A stretch of 64,000 nt of DNA from an uncultured bacterium (lineage in GTDB: Bacteria > Zhuqueibacterota > QNDG01 > DTFT01). The position numbers were made by a program, and so were the translations under genes. The stretch spans positions 166,051-230,050 of the forward strand of contig CAVTNR010000009.1 of NCBI GenBank assembly GCA_963736115.1, read 5' to 3'. Of this stretch, positions 18,467-27,765 are shown in pieces. Below the pieces are notes generated by a model, which saw only the letters and a program-made list of their open reading frames with translations, was not told where the DNA came from and did not search any database. Every line of letters begins with the position of its first letter. The stretch's first letter is position 1.

Positions 18467-20112
18467 TTGAACGTGACGAGGCTCGGATCGAATTCCGCGG
18501 GCGCCTCGAACCCGAGAAAGTTCAGGCATGTGGCCGCGATATGGCTCAATCCGGGACCGGCCGCGTCCGACAGCCGGAAGGCGCCCGCGAGCGAGGGCGC
18601 GTACATGATGAACGGAACCGGATTGAGTGTGTGGGCCGTCTTGGGCACCGGTTTCCCGTTCGCGTCGGTCTTGGGTTTGCCCTTCTTGTCCATTTCGAAC
18701 ATCTCGTCGGAATTGCCGTGGTCCGCGGTGATCAGGGCCGCGCCCTCCAGGGACGCAATGACCGGAAGCAGTCGCGACAGTGCCAGGTCCACGGCCTCCA
18801 CGCCCATGACCGCGGAGCGGAACACGCCGGTGTGGCCGACCATGTCTCCATTCGCGTAATTCACACGGCCGAACCGGTGCCGGCCGGATTTCAGCTCTTC
18901 GATGAGCCGGTCCGTGATCTCCGCACTCTTCATCCAGGGCCGCTGTTCAAAGGGAACTCGGTCGGACGGGATTTCGATGTAGGTCTCCGATTTTGCGTCG
19001 AACTTGCCGCTCCAGTTGCCGTTCCAGAAATACGTGACATGCCCGAATTTCTGGGTCTCGCTGATCGCGAGCTGGGTCACGCCGGCCCGGGCCAGCATCT
19101 GTCCGAGCGTATTCTCGAAAACCGGCGGCGAGACGAGGAATTGACCCGGAATTTTCAAGTCGCCGTCATACTGCATCATGCCGGCGTATCGGACGCGGGG
19201 CCGCGTTCCCCGGTCGAACTTGTCGAAGGCCTCATCCTCGAAGGCGCGGCTGATCTCGATGGCGCGGTCGCCCCGGAAATTGAAGAAGACCACCGAGTCG
19301 CCGTCGCGGATCGGGCCCAGGGGCGCGCCGTTCCGCTCGATGACAAAGGCGGGCAGGAACTGGTCGGTCACGGCCGGATCGCGCTCCCGGATGGCCCGGA
19401 TGGCCTGCTCGGCCGAGGCGAATCGTTCGCCCTTCCCCTGCACATGGGTTTCCCAGCCGAGCTTGACAATGTCCCAGTCGGCCTCGTACCGGTCCATGGT
19501 CACCTTCATGCGGCCGCCGCCGCTGGCAATGGCGTAATCCGCGCCGGCCGCGTTCAGCTCCTTCAGAAAAGCCTCGAACGGCACGATGTATTCGAGCGCG
19601 GACTTCTCGCCCACGTCCCGGCCGTCGAGCAGGATGTGGATGCGGACGGTAGCCACGCCTTCCGCCTTCGCCTGCTTGAGCATGGCCTGGAGATGCCGGA
19701 TGTGGCTGTGCACATTGCCGTCGGAGAACAGGCCGATGAAATGAAGGGCGCTGTTCGACTGCTTCGCGCCGGCGGTGAGCTGTTTCCAGGTCTCGGTCTG
19801 CCACAGCCGGCCCGAATCGATCGCGTCATTGACGAGCCGCGCGCCCTGGGCGAAAACCCGGCCCGCGCCGATGGCGTTGTGCCCCACCTCGGAATTGCCC
19901 ATGTCCTCGTCCGAGGGCAGGCCCACGGCCGTGCCGTGCGCCTTCAGCGTCGTGTGAACGCATTCCTTCATCAGACGGTCCAGGGTCGGAGTGGCCGCGG
20001 CGGCCACCGCATTTCCCTCGTTCTCGGGCCCGATGCCCACGCCGTCCATCACCACGACCAGAACCGGCCCTTTACAGCCGGAAAATCCGGACAAACGCTT
20101 GAGTGTGCTCAT
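18463..20112 (-). CDS. gpmI: 2,3-bisphosphoglycerate-independent phosphoglycerate mutase
   Basis: MGNSEVGH, DGRDV, FNFRGDR, DMVGHTG, TADHGN, HT.NPVP. Confidence 0.96.
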   Translation of the reverse strand: MSTLKRLSGFSGCKGPVLVVVMDGVGIGPENEGNAVAAAATPTLDRLMKECVHTTLKAHGTAVGLPSDEDMGNSEVGHNAIGAGRVFAQGARLVNDAIDSGRLWQTETWKQLTAGAKQSNSALHFIGLFSDGNVHSHIRHLQAMLKQAKAEGVATVRIHILLDGRDVGEKSALEYIVPFEAFLKELNAAGADYAIASGGGRMKVTMDRYEADWDIVKLGWETHVQGKGERFASAEQAIRAIRERDPAVTDQFLPAFVIERNGAPLGPIRDGDSVVFFNFRGDRAIEISRAFEDEAFDKFDRGTRPRVRYAGMMQYDGDLKIPGQFLVSPPVFENTLGQMLARAGVTQLAISETQKFGHVTYFWNGNWSGKFDAKSETYIEIPSDRVPFEQRPWMKSAEITDRLIEELKSGRHRFGRVNYANGDMVGHTGVFRSAVMGVEAVDLALSRLLPVIASLEGAALITADHGNSDEMFEMDKKGKPKTDANGKPVPKTAHTLNPVPFIMYAPSLAGAFRLSDAAGPGLSHIAATCLNFLGFEAPAEFDPSLVTFK

Positions 20113-20209
20113 GTTTTCGGTTATTCCTTTTTCGGTTTGCGTGCGCCTCGCGGCCGGCGGCCTGGAGGCGGACTTCGCGAAGGCCCCGGGCCTTCGGGAG
20201 GTCCGGTGT

Positions 20210-21279
20210 TCACATCTCGATCAGTTCGTAATCCATGCTTCCCAGGCCGATCTCAGCGCCGTGCCGGATCTGCGCGCGGCCGTCGAATCCGGGATAGGAC
20301 AGGTCGGTCAACTCTTTGCCGGATCTTTTCACAATGAGGTCGAGGCTCGCGGCGTCCAGGGCCACGGGGTCCGGTCCCGCGAGTATGCCGATGTCCGGGA
20401 GTATGGGCTTCTGCCGGAAAGGCATGCAGTCGCAGTCCTTGGTGACCGACAGAAGGAAGTTCAGGTACACGGTCCTGTCCTGCCGTCCGATCACGACGCC
20501 CAGAGCGTGCTCGGCCATGCGCTGCTGCAGGTCAACCGAGTCCCGGTTCCAGTCATGCGTGATCGCGTCGAAACGGCATACGGTCACGCATTCGCCGCAC
20601 CCGATGCAGATTTCAGGATCGATCGCGGCCTTGCCTCCGGTCAGCGTGATCGCGTCCGCGGGGCAGTGTTCCGCGCACACGCCGCATCCCGTGCAGTTCT
20701 CCTGTGTGACTTCGGGTTTCAGTACGGCGTGCTGTCTGAGCTTGCCCTTGCGGCTGGCGAAGCCCATGCCGAGATTCTTGATTGCGCCGCCCAGTCCCGT
20801 GGCCAGGTGGCCGGTGACATGCGACAGCACGATCAGGCTGTCCGCGTCCCGTGCCGCGGCCGCCACGGACACTTCCTTGAAAATGCGGCCCGGTATGGCA
20901 ACCGTCTTTTCGTCCGAACCGTTCAGGCCGTCCGCGATGATCACGGGCGCGCCTGTTTCCCGAGCGTGAATCCCCGGTCCGCGGCGAACCGGAGATGACT
21001 GACCGCGTTGTCGCGCACGCTCTTGTAGAGAACACAGGTATCCGTGAGAAACGGCTGGCCCGAACAGGCACGCACCGCCTCGACCACGGGCCGGACGTAA
21101 TCGGGAGGGATGGAAGTGTCGTTTTTCAATTCGCCGAAATGCAGTTTGACCGCGACCCGGTCATGCGCCTTGACCCGGGACGCAATGCCCGCGGCTTCGA
21201 GCAGAGCGCGGATTTTCCGCTGGATCTCTTTCACCGGTTCTTCCCTGCGGGCAGGGGTGAAATGAATCCTGGATTTCAA
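20210..21279 (-). CDS. DUF362-domain protein with 2x[4Fe-4S] ferredoxin domain; frameshift at ~20960
   Basis: VKLHFGE, PFLTD, IIADGL.G, GGAIKNLGMG, two CxxCxxCxxxC motifs, CDC, DPVALD; the two ORFs are offset by one missing base. Confidence 0.85.
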
Positions 21280-21480
21280 TTTAATTTCCTTTTTCGTTCT
21301 TTCATGTCAACAACGACCGGATGTGCGGAAAAATCAATTCGACTGACCGATTGCCCGGTTATGTGATCCCGGGCATAGTCATAATATTACAATATCGCTA
21401 CGGACGGTTTACTGCACAGCCACACATTAAAACCTATTCTAACATCATTGAATTTATGAATTTCTGCCTTTAAAAGCAAG

Positions 21481-21513
21481 AAAAAGCCTCCCCTGCTGAT
21501 GACAGGGGAGGCT
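21481..21513 (-). terminator. Rho-independent terminator
   Basis: 11-bp stem AGCCTCCCCTG/CAGGGGAGGCT followed by a T-run on the minus strand, downstream of 21600-22235. Confidence 0.75.
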
Positions 21514-21599
21514 GTATGATTTTAGATCTGGGATGAAAAATCGGATAGGTGCGGTTGTTGACAGAACGGCAGTGACCGTCCGCAGTACGATTGTTCTCT

Positions 21600-22235
21600 T
21601 TATTTTTCGATCAAATTGACGTTCTCCAGAGATCCGATAACGCGACCACCATTGATCAGAATCACATCCACTTTATAATCCGGATTATTGACCCTGATGT
21701 CGCCTTCCACCACCGAACCATTATTAATTTCAATAACTTGGGGGTGCTCCTGATCCGAGTGGATATTTTTCGAACGTTTGATCATGATACCGCCCTCGAT
21801 CCGGCTCCCGTGATTCAGATAGACATCGCCATTGTATAGAATGATACCTCCCTGCACCAGCGCGCTGTCGAGCCGTACGGGCCCGTTCACTGCCTTGATG
21901 CCCCTTTTCACGACCGAGCCGGGCTCCATTTCCAGAGAACCGTTTACAATTTCCACTTTCCGGTTCACCACAGCCCCCTCTGCCATGGATATTCCCCCGT
22001 TCACGGATTTCAACCCGCGCACCATGGATCGTTTGCCGATCTGAATACTGCCGTTGACGCTCATGCATTCGCCCTGCACCCGGCAGTCCGACCCGACACG
22101 GACATTCCCGTTCACGGAGCGTGCGCCGCGGCTTCTCCGGGATCCGTCCGGGACCCGCACATCCTTGTTCACGCTGAAATCGCAGGCCGTGAAAACCAGG
22201 AGCAGGCCTATTGCCGCGCTGAGTATTTTTCTCAT
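21600..22235 (-). CDS. Lipoprotein with DUF4097-like beta-solenoid (SVNG) repeats
   Basis: Lipobox-like LVFTAC; repeated SVNG/VNG.I motifs; ATG at 22235. Confidence 0.75.
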   Translation of the reverse strand: MRKILSAAIGLLLVFTACDFSVNKDVRVPDGSRRSRGARSVNGNVRVGSDCRVQGECMSVNGSIQIGKRSMVRGLKSVNGGISMAEGAVVNRKVEIVNGSLEMEPGSVVKRGIKAVNGPVRLDSALVQGGIILYNGDVYLNHGSRIEGGIMIKRSKNIHSDQEHPQVIEINNGSVVEGDIRVNNPDYKVDVILINGGRVIGSLENVNLIEK

Positions 22236-22282
22236 CTGTTCAATCTCCCGAAATGGTTCATGGGGGAATAACCATCTGGATA

Positions 22283-22305
22283 TACGGAAGCCCTGACGAA
22301 AAGTT
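22283..22305 (-). promoter_or_regulatory. ECF-sigma-type promoter candidate
   Basis: AAC-N16-CGTA on the minus strand ~50 bp upstream of the lipoprotein start. Confidence 0.45.
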
Positions 22306-22399
22306 GGCGCCGGAAAGTGGTTGTCGTCCTGAGGATGGCTTTCCTGCTTCGCCCGCGAAGGACCTTGGAACGTTAACACGTTTGAACGTTCCAACGTTT

Positions 22400-23242
22400 T
22401 CACGGCAGCACGATGTTGTCGATCAGCCGGGTCTTTCCAAAGAAAACCGCCACTGCCAAAAGTCCTCCGGAACGGGCTTTTTCCAGCGGCTGTAAAGTAT
22501 CGGGATCCGCGAGCGACACATAATCGATCCGTGCCGAAGGTTTGGATTCGATCATGTTTTTCACGGAACGGACAAGAACGGACGCATCCCGCTCGCCTTT
22601 CCGGAACAGGTCCTCAGCCGCGAGCAGGGACTGCCGGAGCACCACTGCGTCCGCACGCTCGGATGGGGAGAGATACACGTTTCTGGAGCTCATGGCGAGC
22701 CCGTCCGCTTCGCGCACAATGGCTGCCACCACGATTTCCACGTCTAGGTTCAGATCCGCGGTCATGCGGCGGATGACCGCGGCCTGCTGCGCGTCCTTCT
22801 GCCCGAAAACAGCGACATGGGGTTTGACCGCGAAGAACAGCTTGGCGACCACCGTGGTCACGCCGCGGAAATGGCCGGGCCTGGAGGCGCCGCACAGGGT
22901 TTCGGTGAGGCCGTCCACATCGACGTGCGTGCAATGCCCGGACGGGTACATTTCCGTGTCCAGGGGATTGAAAATAATGTCCGTGCCCTCCGCTTCAGCG
23001 AGTTTCCGGTCGCGCTCGAAATCGCGCGGATACGCCGCGAAATCCTCCTTCGGTCCGAACTGGGTCGGGTTCACGAAAATGGAGACCACGACGCGGTCCG
23101 TTCTGCGGCCGGCTTCGCGGATCAGGCTCAGGTGACCTTCGTGCAGAAAGCCCATGGTGGGGACGAAGCCGATCTTCAGGCCGTCTGATCGCATGCGGTC
23201 CGCTTCGGTCTGCATCTCTTTGATGGAATGGATGATTTTCAT
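22400..23242 (-). CDS. panC: Pantoate--beta-alanine ligase
   Basis: PTMGFLHEGH, FVNPTQF, RPGHFRGV, FGQKD, DGLAMSSRN, RLIDN. Confidence 0.97.
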   Translation of the reverse strand: MKIIHSIKEMQTEADRMRSDGLKIGFVPTMGFLHEGHLSLIREAGRRTDRVVVSIFVNPTQFGPKEDFAAYPRDFERDRKLAEAEGTDIIFNPLDTEMYPSGHCTHVDVDGLTETLCGASRPGHFRGVTTVVAKLFFAVKPHVAVFGQKDAQQAAVIRRMTADLNLDVEIVVAAIVREADGLAMSSRNVYLSPSERADAVVLRQSLLAAEDLFRKGERDASVLVRSVKNMIESKPSARIDYVSLADPDTLQPLEKARSGGLLAVAVFFGKTRLIDNIVLP

Positions 23243-23260
23243 CTGGAATCTCGCACAAAA

Positions 23261-23360
23261 AGTTCATAGTTCCTGGTTCATAGTTCATAGTGAAAGAAGT
23301 GTCTGTTCAGCTGCCGATTCCCTTTTTAACTATGAACAATGAACTATGAACCATGAACTA
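23261..23360. repeat. Inverted arrays of heptamer repeats (GTTCATA/G ... TATGAAC)
   Basis: Four GTTCATA-like units, a spacer, then four to five reverse-complement units. Confidence 0.85.
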
Positions 23361-23367
23361 ATAATAC

Positions 23368-24825
23368 TCATCCCTTTATAACTCCCAGCGGTTTCAGCTT
23401 CGCGACCTTGCGCGACAGCCCCGCCATGTGCACGACGTGCACCACGTCGTCGATCGGCTTGTAGGCCTCAGGCGCCTCCTCGCGCAAAGTCTCGCGGCTC
23501 CGCGCGATGACATGGATGCCCTTTTCCAGAAGCTCCTTGGAAATGGACCGGTCCTGGGTGGCGCGAATCGCGGCCTGGCGCGACATCCTGCGTCCCGCGC
23601 CGTGGCACGTGGAGCCGAACGTCTCCTCCATGGCTTTCGCGCATCCCGCCATGACATACGAGGCGGTTCCCATGTCTCCGGGCACGAGCACGGGCTGACC
23701 GAATGCGCGGTAGATCTCCGGAACGTCCGGGTGCCCCGGCCCGAAGGACCGCGTGGCTCCCTTCCGGTGCACCACGACTTTCCGGGCCGCGCCGCCGACG
23801 GTATGCTCCTCGAATTTGGCGATGTTGTGCGCCACGTCGTACACCAGGCGCATGCCGAGACGTTCGGCGGACTCTCCAAGCGTGCGGCTGAAGGTCTCGC
23901 GCACCCAGTGCAGAATGAGCTGGCGGTTCGTCCACGCGTAATTGGCAGCTGCCGCCATGGCCGCGTAATAACGCCTGCCCTCGGGCGATTCCACGGGCGT
24001 GCAGGCAAGCTGTTTGTCCGGAACGGATATCTTGTATCTGGACATGGCCCGGACCATGGTCTCGATGCTGTCGTCGCAGACCTGGTAGCCCAGTCCGCGC
24101 GAACCCGTGTGGATCATGACCGTGACCTGTCCCCGGAACAGACCGAAGGCTTTCGCTGCCTCGTTGTCCGTGATGTCGGCCACTTCCTGAATCTCGATAA
24201 AATGGTTGCCCGCGCCGAGCGTGCCGAGCTGGGGCCTGCCGCGCTCCAGCGCGCGGGCCGACAAGGCCTCCGGATCCGCGCCCTCCAGACAGCCGCGCTG
24301 TTCGGTCCGATCGATGTCCTCCTGCCACCCGAAACCGGCGGCCACGGCCCAGGCCGACCCGTCCCGCAGGACGGACGCCTCGTCGCGCGCCGACAGCTTG
24401 AGCTTGCCCGAGGATCCCACGCCGCACGGCACGTTCTGGAACAGGGCCGCGGTCAGGTCACGTATCCGGTCGCGTATGTCCGCCGCGTTCAGGTCCGTGC
24501 GGACCAGGCGCACACCGCAATTGATGTCGTATCCCACGCCTCCGGGCGAAATGACGCCCTCGGCCGCGTCCATGGCCGCAACGCCGCCGATGGGAAATCC
24601 GTACCCCCAGTGTATGTCCGGCATGGCCAAGGACGGCCCGACGAGCCCGGGCAGGTGCGCGACATTGGCCACCTGCTGGGGCGCCTGATCGGCCTTGATC
24701 TGGCTGAGCATGGCTTCGTCCGCGTAGATGATGCCCGGCTGTTTCATGCCGCGCTGGTAAAAGGACGGAATCCGCCAGCGGAACTCATCTATTTTCTCAA
24801 GCGGGCCTTTCCACGGTTCGCTCAT
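23368..24825 (-). CDS. rtcB: RNA 3'-phosphate/5'-OH ligase RtcB
   Basis: MPDIH.GYGFPIG, GYDINCG, GNHFIE, HTGSRG, HNIAK, HRKGAT, CHGAGR. Confidence 0.96.
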   Translation of the reverse strand: MSEPWKGPLEKIDEFRWRIPSFYQRGMKQPGIIYADEAMLSQIKADQAPQQVANVAHLPGLVGPSLAMPDIHWGYGFPIGGVAAMDAAEGVISPGGVGYDINCGVRLVRTDLNAADIRDRIRDLTAALFQNVPCGVGSSGKLKLSARDEASVLRDGSAWAVAAGFGWQEDIDRTEQRGCLEGADPEALSARALERGRPQLGTLGAGNHFIEIQEVADITDNEAAKAFGLFRGQVTVMIHTGSRGLGYQVCDDSIETMVRAMSRYKISVPDKQLACTPVESPEGRRYYAAMAAAANYAWTNRQLILHWVRETFSRTLGESAERLGMRLVYDVAHNIAKFEEHTVGGAARKVVVHRKGATRSFGPGHPDVPEIYRAFGQPVLVPGDMGTASYVMAGCAKAMEETFGSTCHGAGRRMSRQAAIRATQDRSISKELLEKGIHVIARSRETLREEAPEAYKPIDDVVHVVHMAGLSRKVAKLKPLGVIKG

Positions 24826-24885
24826 GGGTCTCCTTCTCGATACTTCCTGAAACGCTCATCCGGATGTCATCGCGGGGCCGACATA

Positions 24886-24916
24886 CGCTCCGGGAGGCTC
24901 CCAGCCTCCCGGAGCG
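24886..24916. repeat. Perfect 14-bp inverted repeat hairpin
   Basis: CGCTCCGGGAGGCT-CCC-AGCCTCCCGGAGCG. Confidence 0.8.
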
Positions 24917-24953
24917 TGGATGCTGTCGATGCGAGGCCGGTCCCCGGATCGAG

Positions 24954-25109
24954 TTGTAGGTCCGAAATGGTCCCGCGTAACGGGACCAAGTTATTGTATT
25001 TTTTTATAGTATTGAAGGCCCGCCGTCTTTCGCGGGCCTTTCGGACATTTCTCTTCGGCCAGAGCATCCAAAATGTCCGATAGCCCTGAAGGGCATATCG
25101 GACCTACAA
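24954..25109. repeat. REPIN-like element with TTGTAGGTCCGA terminal inverted repeats
   Basis: TTGTAGGTCCGA...TCGGACCTACAA with internal hairpins; related pieces at 30451-30503, 41796-41845 and 63406-63454. Confidence 0.7.
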
Positions 25110-25898
25110 TATCCTGTAAAGGTCCGTCCGCCTATCCCCGAACAGATCATTGTAAGCATTCACCCGCTTGTCCCTGGCGGAATGCGGATCGATTTCCGCG
25201 ACGCGGACGCCTTCCTCCTCTTCGGACATGCGGAACAGGATTTCACCCCGCACGCCCGTGACCTGACTCTTTCCGATGAAACGGAGCCCCGGTTTTCCCC
25301 CTCTTGCTTCGGTGCCCGTCCGGTTCGCGGTGACCGTGAACACGCGGTTCTCAATGGAACGCGTGACCATGGCATCCGGGCAATAGGGCAGAACGAGATT
25401 CGCCGGATGGCAGATGATATCCGCGCCCGCGAGGGCCAGGGACCGGGCCGACTCAGGAAAAGTCCAATCGAAGCACACCATCAGCCCCAGTCGGACACCC
25501 GCCGCTTCCCACACCCGGAATCCCGTGTCTCCCGGAGAGAACCAGAGCGTTTCCTCGAAGAACAGATGGGTTTTCCGGTACGTTCCCATCCATCCTTCAG
25601 GCCCGATCAGAACGGCTGAGTTGTAAGTTTTCCCGTCCGCCTGCTCCGCGAGGCCAGCGACAATGAACATCCGCCTGGAACGGGCCAGGTCCGAGAGCGC
25701 CAGCACGGACGGCCCGTTCGGAACCGGCTCCGAAAGCTGACGGACCTCGTCCATGGAAGCGAACTGATAACCGGACAGGCAAAGTTCGGGGAGCACCACG
25801 AGACCGGCGTCTGTTCCCGACAGGGCGGTCCGGATGCGGTCGAGATTGGACCGGACGTCCCCGAACTTCGGACTAAACTGGAATACCCCGGCTTTCAC
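25104..25898 (-). CDS. Carbon-nitrogen hydrolase (nitrilase/amidohydrolase family)
   Basis: LPEL..SGY, YRKTHL, VCFDW.FPE (Glu-Lys-Cys triad), RSIEN; GTG at 25898. Confidence 0.92.
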   Translation of the reverse strand: MKAGVFQFSPKFGDVRSNLDRIRTALSGTDAGLVVLPELCLSGYQFASMDEVRQLSEPVPNGPSVLALSDLARSRRMFIVAGLAEQADGKTYNSAVLIGPEGWMGTYRKTHLFFEETLWFSPGDTGFRVWEAAGVRLGLMVCFDWTFPESARSLALAGADIICHPANLVLPYCPDAMVTRSIENRVFTVTANRTGTEARGGKPGLRFIGKSQVTGVRGEILFRMSEEEEGVRVAEIDPHSARDKRVNAYNDLFGDRRTDLYRIL

Positions 25899-26824
25899 CG
25901 GATCGCCTTCACGATCATGGGAATCAGTCCGTCTCCGAAACCAAAAGGCACAGGCGTGGCGGACAGGACGAACACGGCGAGCAGGACCCACCCCAGCGCC
26001 GTGCGCTTCCGGTCCAACGGAAGGTCGTCGTTCAGAGTCGGCGGGTGTTTCCGGATGAAAAACAGCAGAACGGCGAGCAGAATCCATCCGGCGTACAGAA
26101 AGAGACACACAGCCGCCAGGGCCGAGTAGAACACGGCCGCCACAACGCGGCTCCGGCTGCGGAAAAGCGCGTATGAAACATGGCCGCCGTCGAGCTGTCC
26201 GATGGGCAGAAGGTTGAGAGCGGTCACGAGCAGACCCACCCACCCGGCGAATGCCAGCGGGTGGAGCAGAATGTCCTGCCCCTCGGCGATCGGACCCACG
26301 GCCAGGCGCGACAGACCCTTGAACAGGAGGGAATCGCCGAGCGAGATGGTCCCTTCGCCGAAGGATGCGGCCGGCAGAATTTTCGATTTCAATACGCCGA
26401 TGACAATGGCCGGTATGATGAGCGCCAGTCCGGCCAGCGGGCCGGCCGCGCCGATGTCCATGAGCGCCCTGCGGTCGCGTATGAACCCGGACATCCGGAT
26501 GACCGCGCCCATGGTGCCGAACGGCGAGAAAGGCATGGGGATGAAATACGGAAGCGTGGCCGGAACGCCGTGGCGCCGGGCCGCGAAAAAATGACCCATT
26601 TCATGCGCCAGCAGAATGGCCATAATCGCGCCCGAGTACCAGAGCGCGCCGCTGATGCCGTCGTTCAGGCCGACGAAAAAGGTCGTTCCGACCGTCAGAA
26701 CGAACAGAACGGCGTGCAGCCAGATTTTCTGGCCATCCGCCCAGTGCTTCGGCCGGAACATCTTTTCCGGCACGAACCGGGTCGCCTCGGAACGGAATGT
26801 GGGAATCGGCGTTTGGTCCTGCAA
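25895..26824 (-). CDS. Site-2 protease family (M50) membrane metalloprotease
   Basis: HEMGH, LPYFIP, AGPLAG, LNLLPIGQLDGGH. Confidence 0.93.
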   Translation of the reverse strand: MQDQTPIPTFRSEATRFVPEKMFRPKHWADGQKIWLHAVLFVLTVGTTFFVGLNDGISGALWYSGAIMAILLAHEMGHFFAARRHGVPATLPYFIPMPFSPFGTMGAVIRMSGFIRDRRALMDIGAAGPLAGLALIIPAIVIGVLKSKILPAASFGEGTISLGDSLLFKGLSRLAVGPIAEGQDILLHPLAFAGWVGLLVTALNLLPIGQLDGGHVSYALFRSRSRVVAAVFYSALAAVCLFLYAGWILLAVLLFFIRKHPPTLNDDLPLDRKRTALGWVLLAVFVLSATPVPFGFGDGLIPMIVKAIR

Positions 26825-26836
26825 ATCGTCTCCTCT

Positions 26837-27610
26837 TTAATCCAGCACGGCGATCACGGTTTCACCGAGCGACAGGTCCAGCTTGTCCCGCGCGCTTCCG
26901 TGGTTCACCGAAAGTTCCAGCGCGTCCGCGCCGCCGAGAATGGCCAGAAGCTCCCCGGCTGGCACATCGAGATACGACCGGGACAAGCTCTCCAGCACAA
27001 GCCCTTTCACCAGCACCCGGACACGGTCCGCGTCCGCGAGCCATTCAGCCGGTATATTGGTAATCGCATTTCCGTAACGGTCGAAGGCGATGACTTCGCC
27101 CACGATGCGGTCCTCGAGCCGGGCGGCTGTAGCAATGGTTCCGTGCTCAACCTCTTCGAAAGGCCGGCCCAGCTTTTCGACAGGCACGCCCTTTGCCAGA
27201 TGGCCGGCCAGGGGCGCGAATATGTCCCGGCCGTGAAACGTGCGGCTGACGGTTTCGCGGAAATACTCCGGCCGTGTGGCGCAGAAGACTTTGGCATCCG
27301 GATTGCCGTCGAACACGTATTTCAGCACCCTGTTGTTCGGCGCGAGAAAGACATAATCCCGCGTTTTCACAACCAGGATCAGCCGCTCGGTGCCCACGCC
27401 CGGATCCACGACCACGACGTGAATGGAGCCTTTCGGGAAGAACGGGTACGCGCCCCTGATCACGTAAGCGGCACGGTCCACATCCTGAGGCGGGATGTCA
27501 TGCGATACGTCCACGATTTTCGCGTCCGGCTCGATGGAAAGGATGACGCCCTTCATCGCGGCCACGTACGGGTCGGACAGCCCGAAATCGGTGGTGAGTG
27601 TGATGATCAC
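26837..27610 (-). CDS. SAM hydroxide/halide adenosyltransferase family (DUF62)
   Basis: TLTTDFG, VVDPGVG, TFHGRDIFAP, DRYGN.ITN. Confidence 0.93.
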   Translation of the reverse strand: MIITLTTDFGLSDPYVAAMKGVILSIEPDAKIVDVSHDIPPQDVDRAAYVIRGAYPFFPKGSIHVVVVDPGVGTERLILVVKTRDYVFLAPNNRVLKYVFDGNPDAKVFCATRPEYFRETVSRTFHGRDIFAPLAGHLAKGVPVEKLGRPFEEVEHGTIATAARLEDRIVGEVIAFDRYGNAITNIPAEWLADADRVRVLVKGLVLESLSRSYLDVPAGELLAILGGADALELSVNHGSARDKLDLSLGETVIAVLD

Positions 27611-27765
27611 GGGGTTCCCCCGATATTGGGAAGGCTAGAAAGAAGATACGTCCCGGCGGGTCGGATGTCAAGGGGAATTGGAACTATAGGCAGGCTTGAG
27701 CGTTCATGCGAGTCGCCCTGAGACATCCCCTCCTGCTTCGCCCCCGAAGGGCCTTGCGGCGGATC

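Noticed and set aside
26837-27610. Fluorinase/chlorinase implying halometabolite biosynthesis
   Set aside because: There is no biosynthetic cluster context, and most DUF62 members of this size are SAM hydrolases.
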